Shown: positions 10,261 through 17,464, numbered from the stretch's first letter. The stretch: 32,000 nucleotides of DNA from Polynucleobacter sp. Tro8-14-1 (GCF_018881655.1 NZ_JACVPX010000003.1:139772-171771); one strand, 5' to 3'. The notes: a model not told the origin generated them from the letters alone. Translations and numbers: made by a program.

Positions 10261-10836
10261 AGAACGATATGAGAGAAATTGCAGTTAGAGGATTTATAAA
10301 CGAGAAATTTAATACCACCTTCGGTAAAGGCTTATTTAGAAGAGCGATGTTTAATGGCTCAGTAGAGCTAGGTAGCCCAAATCAAAAATACCTAGTGGAT
10401 TACTTTGAATATAGCAATTGGGAAAATACTGCCAAAACAGATGAGCAGATGGCAACTGTTCGAAAACTCAGCGAGGCTGGTATTGCAGGTCAAGCTGGAG
10501 TTTTAATGTCTTGGATCCAACATTACGATCCACTCACTAAGACAAAGCAAGGTGTTGGCGGATTTAGCATCTACTCCCCAGAAACCAAGGAGCTGCATGT
10601 AGAGATTGAAGATCAAGCAAACAACACCAAGGATTCCTGGACGCTAGATGTACATCTTTGTAAAAGTACTGGCGTTAATAAGCCAGTGTTTATAGCAACC
10701 AATGTGGATTTGAACTAATTGACGCTTTGAATTTGTACAAAATTCGCCTCAAAAAAGCCCTATACGCAAAGATCTATTAGCTTCGCAATAATGAGTAGCT
10801 GGAATTACTAAAAACAGCGTATAGCGCGAATTTGAG
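10261..10836 (+). repeat. 576-bp near-identical direct repeat, copy 1 (149-aa ORF cassette)
   Basis: Base-by-base comparison with 18275-18850 shows only 4 differences (10481, 10489, 10490, 10499). Confidence 0.95.
10269..10718 (+). CDS. hypothetical protein, 149 aa (copy 1)
   Basis: Intact ORF, 148/149 aa identical to 18283..18732. No family recognised. This copy lacks the AAGGAG Shine-Dalgarno sequence present before copy 2. Confidence 0.6.
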   Translation: MREIAVRGFINEKFNTTFGKGLFRRAMFNGSVELGSPNQKYLVDYFEYSNWENTAKTDEQMATVRKLSEAGIAGQAGVLMSWIQHYDPLTKTKQGVGGFSIYSPETKELHVEIEDQANNTKDSWTLDVHLCKSTGVNKPVFIATNVDLN

Positions 10837-10907
10837 CTACTAGCAGTAATTCGTGGGATTTTCGCCACGATCCGCACTAAATACAAGCATTGATTCGTCA
10901 ATAAAAA

Positions 10908-10977
10908 CGATTAAGAAAATATACATTTTCTTAATCGAATTATTTTTGTTTTACTAAGTCATTGATTCTTGGAAGAT
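10908..10977 (+). promoter_or_regulatory. conserved palindrome plus 23-bp box upstream of short recombinase 1
   Basis: Perfect 13-bp-arm palindrome CGATTAAGAAAAT-ATAC-ATTTTCTTAATCG (10908-10937), followed by TAAGTCATTGATTCTTGGAAGAT (10955-10977). Both elements recur upstream of recombinase 2. Confidence 0.55.
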
Positions 10978-11074
10978 CTTTTGACTGCAACCCGAACTTG
11001 AGCCTCGGTTGTCCTTTTGGAAATAAGAAAACACACTCTATATGTAATTTTATTTATCAAAGGAAAACCCATAA

Positions 11075-11641
11075 ATGGCACAAGCAAAAACCCTTACCCA
11101 AGCAGAGCTCGATCAAATACTGCGTTATGTCTCCACTAAGAAATATCCGCAGCGTGACAGAGCTATCATTCTCACCAGTTTTTGGTCGGGACTTCGCGTT
11201 GCAGAAATTGCATCGCTTAAGATGGGCGATGTTCTCAATATTGATGGCAGTATCAAAAATGAAATCCGTTTGTCTGCAGCTCAAACGAAAGGCGGTCAAC
11301 CGAGAACCGTATTTCTTCCTAAGAAACTACAAGACGAATTATTGGCCTATGTCGGCACTAGACATGCCAAGATGCCAGAGATCCCTTTTTTCCATACAGC
11401 AAACAGACTGGGATTTTCTGCCAACGGCTTATGCGTATGGTTTTATTGGAACTACAAACACTCTGGCATTTCTGGGGCAACGAGCCATTCAGGCAGAAGA
11501 ACCTTTATTACGAATTTAGCCAATAAAGGTATTTCAGTAAGAGTTTTGGCTAGTTTGGCAGGCCATAAATCCATTGCCGTTACCCAAAAATACATTGACG
11601 TAAATGACGATATGAAACGCAATGCAGTAGAGCTCATTTAA
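11075..11641 (+). CDS. short (catalytic-domain-only) tyrosine recombinase, copy 1
   Basis: 188 aa with tyrosine-recombinase catalytic residues in order: R (GLRVAE), K (QTKGG), HxxR (HSGRR), H..Y (GHKSIAVTQKY). There is no N-terminal core-binding domain. Confidence 0.85.
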   Translation: MAQAKTLTQAELDQILRYVSTKKYPQRDRAIILTSFWSGLRVAEIASLKMGDVLNIDGSIKNEIRLSAAQTKGGQPRTVFLPKKLQDELLAYVGTRHAKMPEIPFFHTANRLGFSANGLCVWFYWNYKHSGISGATSHSGRRTFITNLANKGISVRVLASLAGHKSIAVTQKYIDVNDDMKRNAVELI

Positions 11642-11665
11642 GTTTGTCGGTTTAACCGACAAACT
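11641..11665. repeat. island palindrome copy a (core GTCGGTTTAACCGAC 11646-11660)
   Basis: Perfect 12-bp arms AGTTTGTCGGTT-T-AACCGACAAACT, overlapping the stop codon of recombinase 1. Confidence 0.9.
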
Positions 11666-11758
11666 AGTGTCTCTTTAAGTGACGCTGGTAATGTCAAATC
11701 ACCACAAATCAAGCACTTTTCAGCCCAAGCGTTACTTTAAGTAACGGTGTGAAACTGC

Positions 11759-12349
11759 TTATTGGCTGCTGAGCTTATCTAGAATGAGTTGCGCTAGCGC
11801 CTTCTCGTCACCAAAAAAGGCTAACTCCATTGCTTGATACATTTGGGACTGGTTTAGATCGGAATAATTGAGCCTAAACCCAGCCTCGCTAGCTAACTGA
11901 GCAATAAACACTCGCTGCACCCGTCCATTGCCATCCCGAAATGGATGCAAGACATTAATCTCAGAAAGATAGTGGGCTAACTTCTGTGCAACTTGCTTGA
12001 TATCTTGATTTTGGAATAAATGCTCTTTAGCTAAATTACTGAATAAAGTTTTAGCGGCTGAATCAATCATGCGGATATTTGCAAAACGGCTATTTTCACG
12101 GCTTATATCTACAGTCCGAATCTTTCCAGCCCAATCATAGACATCTTGAAAAAGAGCATAGTGAATTGCTTGTAAATGCGCTAAATCAAAATTACCTTGA
12201 ATTGGCTCTAAATCTAAAGCCACTAAACGCGAAGCAGTCATATCAGACTCAAACGCCTCAAGCTCATTTTGATCCCTAAAGCCCAATTTGTTTTGCAATA
12301 CCGGAGAACCCGGATAGCAATAGACACTATCCGCGTCGTAGCGCGACAT
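11759..12349 (-). CDS. Fic-domain toxin (class I FicT-like AMP-transferase)
   Basis: Carries the Fic motif HPFRDGNGRVQR, matching HxFx(D/E)GNGRxxR. I place the start at MSRYDAD (12349) rather than the track start at 12412, which would run deep into the antitoxin ORF. Confidence 0.85.
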   Translation of the reverse strand: MSRYDADSVYCYPGSPVLQNKLGFRDQNELEAFESDMTASRLVALDLEPIQGNFDLAHLQAIHYALFQDVYDWAGKIRTVDISRENSRFANIRMIDSAAKTLFSNLAKEHLFQNQDIKQVAQKLAHYLSEINVLHPFRDGNGRVQRVFIAQLASEAGFRLNYSDLNQSQMYQAMELAFFGDEKALAQLILDKLSSQ

Positions 12350-12518
12350 AGCGTTCTTTAGTCTCTGCAATGATTTGATCGATTGTTTTTGATCCACCAA
12401 TAAAGGCATCAAAATCTTTCATCAACTCATTGCTAGGCTTCATACCCTCTACCCGCAAAGAACCCAAGGCATTGTCAACAATGTCTTTTCGGTTTAAGGT
12501 AGTTTGATTATTTTTCAT
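12327..12518 (-). CDS. VbhA/FicA-like antitoxin
   Basis: Small ORF directly upstream of fic, overlapping it by 23 nt. It contains the inhibitory motif (S/T)xxxE(G/N) as SLRVEG. The start may instead be at 12581. Confidence 0.75.
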   Translation of the reverse strand: MKNNQTTLNRKDIVDNALGSLRVEGMKPSNELMKDFDAFIGGSKTIDQIIAETKERYVALRRG

Positions 12519-12616
12519 AAGGGCTGTTTTATCTATATTACGGTATTTTAAGGGGTGCTTCCAGAAAATTAAACCCTTCATTAAGACCTGCCAGCAAATA
12601 GGGCGTAGGTTGTAGC

Positions 12617-12632
12617 GTCGGGTAAAACCGAC
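12617..12632. repeat. island palindrome copy b (GTCGGGTAAAACCGAC)
   Basis: Lies 27 nt downstream of the integrase 1 stop. Extended form is TGTAGCGTCGG...CCGACACC. Confidence 0.9.
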
Positions 12633-12659
12633 ACCAAATGGTCATCCCCTCACCCATCT

Positions 12660-13895
12660 CTACCCCGCCAATCTCTCCGCACTGAGCATTGGGGTTAGTT
12701 TGCTGTAATGACGCTCAATCATCCCTACGCTGGCTCCCATTTGCTTTGCTAGCGTATGAATATCAACTCCTTCTTCTAATCTAAATGTGGCATAGGTATG
12801 GCGAAGGCTATACAAGGTCCTGTTTTTACCAGCAGCATACTTAAACAAGCCTGATTCAACCATGAGTCGCTCAAACACGCTATCTAGACTATGGGGTGCA
12901 TCACCCGCAGGAAATACGAATACCTTACGATCCAACTTAGCTTCAATCACAGCATCGAGGTTCTTATAAGGCAAAGCCTGCCAAGTAATTAGTCGCTCTA
13001 AGGCCTCAATCACAAAATGTCTTGCAATCAGATACCTAGGCCCAGTCTTACCTGACACCCAGATCCGTAAATAGCGTTTTTCACCAATCCAGTGCCACTG
13101 CAATGATTTCCAGCGGATTGGCATGCTTTCGGTTCCCTGCCGTATCCCTGTACCTAGCAAGAACTCTACATAGACTCGGCAAAGTCTACGCATATGATTA
13201 CTGCGTTGATTGCGGCCAAAACGCTCCCAGTCCCGCATGTATTCCAATAAGTATTCGATCTCTTGGTGGCTAAAGGCTGGCCTAACCTGCGCAGCACCAC
13301 CGGTTATTTCTAATAAGGGGATATTGCGGTGTTGTGAAATAAGCCCTTGTGCTCTAGCCCGCTCAAGCACCCGCTTATAAAGACCAGCATGACGCCTTTG
13401 AGTATAGGTCTTGGGATTCTTGCCCATCTTAGATATGCGCCACGCTACATAGTCATCCACTAGCTCTTGAGTAATGTCATTGATCTGGTAGTTACCAAAG
13501 AATGGGATCAAGTACTTGGTGTAGATGTGTATGTAATCAACATGAGTGCGCTTATTGGGATTGGCTTGGACTACTCGGGCAGCCATAGCCAACTCTTGCG
13601 TGGCTAGTTGACGAAAGGTACGGGTCTTAATGGCTAGATCGCTTGCTAGCTTGACCTTGACTGTTTCATAGATAGCAATGGCTTGGGTTGTGGCTTCGGC
13701 CACCTGATCTAATCCTGTACTAGCGGAATGCCAGGCGCCAGTTGATAACTTAAAGCGGCATTGCCACTGGTGACTCGTAGGCCTCTTATAGAGGGTGATG
13801 GCACCATCAAGGAGTTTGATGGGCTCATCATCAGTGATAACGGTAGAAAATAAGAGCGATAAATTATTCATTACAAGCGTCTTGTTACGCGACAC
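12660..13895 (-). CDS. tyrosine integrase (island integrase), copy 1
   Basis: 411 aa with R (LGTGIRQGTE), HxxR region (LYSLRHTYAT) and catalytic Y (MIERHYSK). Start is GTG at 13895 or ATG at 13871. Confidence 0.9.
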   Translation of the reverse strand: MSRNKTLVMNNLSLLFSTVITDDEPIKLLDGAITLYKRPTSHQWQCRFKLSTGAWHSASTGLDQVAEATTQAIAIYETVKVKLASDLAIKTRTFRQLATQELAMAARVVQANPNKRTHVDYIHIYTKYLIPFFGNYQINDITQELVDDYVAWRISKMGKNPKTYTQRRHAGLYKRVLERARAQGLISQHRNIPLLEITGGAAQVRPAFSHQEIEYLLEYMRDWERFGRNQRSNHMRRLCRVYVEFLLGTGIRQGTESMPIRWKSLQWHWIGEKRYLRIWVSGKTGPRYLIARHFVIEALERLITWQALPYKNLDAVIEAKLDRKVFVFPAGDAPHSLDSVFERLMVESGLFKYAAGKNRTLYSLRHTYATFRLEEGVDIHTLAKQMGASVGMIERHYSKLTPMLSAERLAG

Positions 13896-13944
13896 TTGCT
13901 AGCTTAATTTCAGATTAGGGTTTGGGCGACCTGAATTATTTAGA

Positions 13945-13959
13945 GTCGGTTAAACCGAC
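13945..13959. repeat. island palindrome copy c (GTCGGTTAAACCGAC)
   Basis: Lies 50 nt upstream of the integrase 1 start and is followed by ACTACAGCG. Confidence 0.9.
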
Positions 13960-14062
13960 ACTACAGCGTCAGGGCCGCGATGGACTGTTGTTAATCACAA
14001 AGCAGCTATCACCCTACTTGCTAATGGCTAGCTCAAGTCGACCCATAGCAGACTATCGAGAC

Positions 14063-14087
14063 AACAAAAAACCCGCCTAAGCGGGTT
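14063..14087 (-). terminator. Rho-independent terminator of the outer-membrane protein gene
   Basis: The minus strand reads AACCCGC-TTAG-GCGGGTT followed by TTTTTGTT, 27 nt after the stop codon. Confidence 0.8.
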
Positions 14088-14113
14088 GATTGTTTAACAG
14101 CAGGTGGTTTGTA

Positions 14114-15493
14114 TTAGAAACCAACTGTATATGTTGCCATTACAGTAGTACTTGCTGTAGCTTGATACGCTTCTTGTCTGTAAATACCAGTTACACCTAA
14201 ACGCTGATTCTTCTCAACATCGTAAGATGCGCCAAGCATTGCTGTTGGACGGGTTTTTACAGGATTAGGGTTGAAGTTCACTGGAGTTAAACCAGTTAAG
14301 CCAGTTGCATTGTATGAACCATTAGCAGTGTTAGTGTCAGTTTCTACACCAGCACTAGCAAACAACGTGGTTTGTGGAATGCCTTTGTAGCTTGCGCCTA
14401 CGCCAGCTAATGCTGTTGTGGCATTGGTGTTGAGTGCTGAGTAGGTTAATGGCGTTGTTACAGAAGTAGAAGTTGCTTCTGTGTAACCGCCCATATTGTT
14501 CTGTGTATAACGAATACCAACATATGGTGAAACAATAACTTGGTCAGCAACACCAAAACCATACTTAGCAGTCACTTGTGCGCCTTGACTGTTCAATGTG
14601 GAGCCACCAGAACCTGCTTCGGATGCGGTAGCACCAGTGCCAACTACTGAACGATTCATCGTAGTGTTCTTTTGACCATAAGCAATAGTTGCTTTAACTT
14701 CGGTACCTGTGCCATCTAAATTTTCATTCCAAGCAGCAAATAAACCAAGTAATGGTGTGTTGTTGCCCAAGTTCACAGTAGAGCCAGCATTGTTAACCGA
14801 TAAGTTCTGGTCAGCATAAGCACCAACACGAACATTTGCCATTGCACGATAAGCGGCAATCAGTAATGCACTGGTGTTGTTCAAGCCATTAGCGGCAGAC
14901 ACGGCAGTATTGCGACCACCCGCTGATACGCAAATATCATTCTCACCAAAAACATTACAGTCATAAGAGAAGCTATTGGCTAAGACTGAGTTTTGTAATG
15001 TGTAAGTGCCTTGCAATGCTTGGACGGTGTTTTGTACGGAGACTTGGGTATTGGCTACAGATGGCCCAACTGGAAGAGGTACATAGCTAGAAATGTAAGC
15101 ATAATAGGCGTTCTGAGAACTGCCCGGCCCAGGTATCGCGTTAGTACTTCCGTTCACCCAAAAAGTAACGGTGCCGTTGCCTGTTGAGGAGGTCAGAAAT
15201 AAAACGCTTGGGAGGGTGGTGCTTGCTGTGCCATTCCAAGTTCCCAGTCTATATTGAACTTGTTGCGCAAATTGGGTTGCAAGCGATGGCTGGCCGTACC
15301 AAGGTTGGGTCGTTAATGTGTAGGCGGGGTTTGCAAGGCTGGTGGAGAGGGGCTGTAGAGCCGTCTTACCAACCGTATAGTTAATACCACCAACAGTGAC
15401 GTCAACCGTTTGCGCTTGAATATTTACTGCAAATACACTTCCAACAACTAATGCTGAAGTGATGGCGATATTTTTAATATTAAGTAATTTCAT
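14114..15493 (-). CDS. outer-membrane beta-barrel protein, autotransporter-like, short Ser/Thr/Asn/Gly-rich passenger
   Basis: 459 aa with a signal peptide (..AVNIQAQT). The C-terminal half has alternating beta-strand character and ends in ..TYTVGF (terminal Phe). Confidence 0.65.
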   Translation of the reverse strand: MKLLNIKNIAITSALVVGSVFAVNIQAQTVDVTVGGINYTVGKTALQPLSTSLANPAYTLTTQPWYGQPSLATQFAQQVQYRLGTWNGTASTTLPSVLFLTSSTGNGTVTFWVNGSTNAIPGPGSSQNAYYAYISSYVPLPVGPSVANTQVSVQNTVQALQGTYTLQNSVLANSFSYDCNVFGENDICVSAGGRNTAVSAANGLNNTSALLIAAYRAMANVRVGAYADQNLSVNNAGSTVNLGNNTPLLGLFAAWNENLDGTGTEVKATIAYGQKNTTMNRSVVGTGATASEAGSGGSTLNSQGAQVTAKYGFGVADQVIVSPYVGIRYTQNNMGGYTEATSTSVTTPLTYSALNTNATTALAGVGASYKGIPQTTLFASAGVETDTNTANGSYNATGLTGLTPVNFNPNPVKTRPTAMLGASYDVEKNQRLGVTGIYRQEAYQATASTTVMATYTVGF

Positions 15494-15747
15494 AATTCTT
15501 TACAGGTGGGTTATGTAAATCAGCTCTAGAGCTAATTTTTAGCAACCCGTATTTTACCTGCTCACCAAGTAGGTGCATAAGGTTTCATAAGCAATTACCT
15601 CGAATACAACGCTTTCATGGAGTTAAATGAGTAAAGTCGGCTTTTGGCCGTTCTCTGCCACCCAGGCACCGCCAATTACCCTGTTTTTAGCATCCACAAG
15701 CCACCGTATAAGAGCCACCTGACCGTCACTTAACAGGACACCGCACC

Positions 15748-15763
15748 GTCGGGTTAAACCGAC
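15748..15763. repeat. island palindrome copy d (GTCGGGTTAAACCGAC)
   Basis: Lies inside arm A. The homologous position in arm B (about 27097-27125) is decayed. Confidence 0.85.
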
Positions 15764-15950
15764 ACCACAAGCTCAGCCCCTAAATTTCATCAAAATTACC
15801 CAGTCGTAGGGTCGCACATAGCCCTAAGGATCGCCTACGCTAGACTCAAGGCCTCTCTAACGTCCAAAAGCCCGAGGCATTATCCACCCCACAATCAAGC
15901 CAATTAACCAGCCTGAAACAAGCCTAGAATGACAATAAATGGTAGATAAG

Positions 15951-15995
15951 TGGCCTGCCCAGCACGATTCGAACGTGCGACCTACGCCTTAGAAG
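15951..15995 (-). repeat. tRNA-Arg(TCT) 3' fragment (att-type direct repeat)
   Basis: 45 nt identical to 27313-27357, spanning from the CCA end through the T-arm, variable loop, 3' anticodon stem strand and anticodon loop. Identity stops at the 5' edge of the anticodon loop. Confidence 0.92.
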
Positions 15996-16051
15996 CTTTA
16001 AAAATGAGCTAAAACAATAGCAGAAACAATGACTTAAGCCTTAATAGATCA

Positions 16052-16113
16052 GGTGTGGCATACACACCGAGATCTGTGGAATCGTGTGGAACTGACTATG
16101 TGGTGTGTGGCAT
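16052..16113 (+). repeat. cluster of GTGTGG(C/A)A direct repeats at the distal end of GI-B
   Basis: Copies are GTGTGGCA (16053), TGTGGAA (16075), GTGTGGAA (16084) and TGTGGTGTGTGGCA (16098). GGTGTG-GCATA-CACACC also forms a small inverted repeat. Confidence 0.7.
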
Positions 16114-16126
16114 CCGCAGGCTGGGG

Positions 16127-16141
16127 GTCGGTTTAACCGAC
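16127..16141. repeat. island palindrome copy e (GTCGGTTTAACCGAC)
   Basis: Lies just inside the distal end of GI-B and is followed by ACTAAA. Confidence 0.9.
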
Positions 16142-16343
16142 ACTAAATCAGGCGAACCCACAGCAAGCCTTGGCAAACCATTTTTACTATGCCTCTCGTC
16201 CCCACGAACAGGGAAATTTATAAAGCACAAAGATCGGCAAAACCACTGCATTTTGGCGTGATTTTGCACATTAGCTATTTTGATGGGGCTTAGCGTAAAT
16301 CAGGTGGGGGATGCAATCTCGAGCGGCGCAAAAAACTACGCGG

Positions 16344-16688
16344 CTAGATATTTGCACGAGCAGCTGAAATCTGCTGTTGGGCTCGTTTAATCTTTTGTCG
16401 ATTACGCTCTGCCTTTAATGCCTTACTAGCAGTGTCTTTCTGATTTTGTAAGCTAGCCACCCTAGCCTGCTCGGGTGTTTGCGGCGGCTTAGCTTTAATT
16501 GAAGAAATAACCTCATCAATCATTTGATGCCCCCTGCTTTCATGGGTGACGAGTGATGGTTGACTAGCTAGGCTATCCATCCCAAATTGATATTGCAAAA
16601 TTAATCTAGCGTGAATTGGATTTGTGGCAAAAACAGCCGTATTTACTAACTGACCCTTGATCCTTACATAGGCTTGATATTTATTCAT
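16344..16688 (-). CDS. hypothetical protein, 114 aa, basic Gln/Lys/Arg-rich C-terminal helix
   Basis: ORF only. No Shine-Dalgarno sequence is visible and no family is recognised. Confidence 0.45.
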   Translation of the reverse strand: MNKYQAYVRIKGQLVNTAVFATNPIHARLILQYQFGMDSLASQPSLVTHESRGHQMIDEVISSIKAKPPQTPEQARVASLQNQKDTASKALKAERNRQKIKRAQQQISAARANI

Positions 16689-16727
16689 GCAAGTATTTAG
16701 CCAGTCTTATTTTGACTGACTAAAACT

Positions 16728-16748
16728 AAAGGCGCCTAATGCGCCTTT
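16728..16748. terminator. GC-rich hairpin between the toxin-antitoxin operon and the 114-aa ORF
   Basis: AAAGGCGC-CTAAT-GCGCCTTT. On the minus strand it is followed by AGTTTTAG, 28 nt after the DUF5615 stop. Confidence 0.5.
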
Positions 16749-16775
16749 AGAGTGAAATGGGTATCAGTAATTGAG

Positions 16776-17126
16776 CTACTCATGCGTAATCAAACCATCA
16801 CTAGTAATCTCTATAAAACGATGGTCCTCAAATGCTTTCGCAACAGCAGATAAGTTCGCTTGCAACAGATTCTCTAAATTGCGATTGGATATATTGCCAG
16901 TAGAAATTAACAGTAAAGCAGGTTCGCCGTTTAACAAAAAAGCCTGTACAAAGTCATCGTCTTTGGTGACTACAACTCGAGCTTCTTTAATAGCGCAAGC
17001 AATGACATCTTTATCTGGAGTTGCATTTTTGAGAGGTAGATCAGAGGTATGAATAGCATCATGTCCTTGAGCCTCCAACCAACCAACAAATCGCTTTGGC
17101 AGTTGGGCGTCTACTAAAAACTTCAT
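16776..17126 (-). CDS. DUF5615-family PIN-like putative toxin
   Basis: 116 aa starting MKFLVDAQLPKRFVGWLEAQGHDAIH, as I remember for DUF5615. A 4-nt overlap couples it to the upstream DUF433 gene. Confidence 0.7.
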   Translation of the reverse strand: MKFLVDAQLPKRFVGWLEAQGHDAIHTSDLPLKNATPDKDVIACAIKEARVVVTKDDDFVQAFLLNGEPALLLISTGNISNRNLENLLQANLSAVAKAFEDHRFIEITSDGLITHE

Positions 17127-17347
17127 GCCACCAAACGCTCAAATCGTTTAACATGACTTAATCTTGCAGCATAGGCAAGAGACGCCAAAATATCTTCTTT
17201 GTTAAGGTCTGGATAGTCAGCCAAAATCTCTTCGGTACTCATGCCGCTAGCCAGCCACTCTAAAACATTTTCTACGGGGTAACGCAAGCCGCGAATACAG
17301 GGCTTGCCATGGCAAATAACCGGATCAACAGTGATTAAATTAGCCAT
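17123..17347 (-). CDS. DUF433-family putative antitoxin
   Basis: 74 aa from ATG 17347, preceded by AAAGGAG. The DUF433-like sequence is CHGKPCIRGLRYPVENVLEWLASGMSTEEILADYPDL. Confidence 0.72.
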   Translation of the reverse strand: MANLITVDPVICHGKPCIRGLRYPVENVLEWLASGMSTEEILADYPDLNKEDILASLAYAARLSHVKRFERLVA

Positions 17348-17429
17348 TTGAATCTCCTTTCGCATCATAATTTGGCTTGTTAAAGCATGGGTAGATTTTA
17401 TACTGCTAGACCAAAAATTAGCATCTTTT

Positions 17430-17459
17430 CTTTAGAGCAATACTGCTATTGCTCTAAAG
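17430..17459. repeat. 13-bp-arm perfect palindrome
   Basis: CTTTAGAGCAATA-CTGC-TATTGCTCTAAAG, between the 148-aa ORF and the toxin-antitoxin operon. No U-tract follows on either strand. Confidence 0.6.
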
Positions 17460-17464
17460 ACCCC

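Larger units (their letters stand above)
12611..14005 (-). repeat. integrase module repeat, copy 1 (about 1.4 kb)
   Basis: Aligns with 22303-23676. Similarity begins exactly at TGTAGCGTCGGGTAAAACCGACAC and ends at ...TTAATCACAAAGCAG in both copies, and the flanks are unrelated. Confidence 0.9.
10261..15950 (-). mobile_element. tRNA-distal genomic island (GI-A), apparently truncated at its distal end
   Basis: Bounded on the right by a tRNA-Arg 3' fragment (15951-15995). It shares backbone modules in the same order and orientation with GI-B. No tRNA fragment was found to the left of 10261. Confidence 0.7.
15644..15995. repeat. conserved non-coding island arm plus tRNA-Arg 3' fragment, copy A
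   Basis: Aligns with 27013-27357. 15901-15995 is identical to 27263-27357 (95 bp). The remainder shows blocks of identity such as TTGGCCGTTCTCTGCCACCCA, AGCCACCTGACCGTCAC and GCTCAGCCCCTAAATTTCAT. Confidence 0.9.

Noticed and set aside
10481-10499. The clustered 4-nt difference between the 576-bp repeats as diversity-generating-retroelement mutagenesis
   Set aside because: There is no reverse transcriptase and no template repeat. The changes (T/C, G/A, T/A, A/T) are not adenine-specific, and only one codon changes.
10962-11519. 185-aa ORF overlapping the short recombinase in another frame
   Set aside because: The overlapping frame (11075..11641) has clear tyrosine-recombinase catalytic motifs and a conserved paralogue. 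The 185-aa frame has neither.
16055-16261. 68-aa ORF across the GTGTGG repeats and palindrome e
   Set aside because: It runs through repeat and palindrome DNA at the island end. It has no ribosome-binding site and no recognisable protein features.
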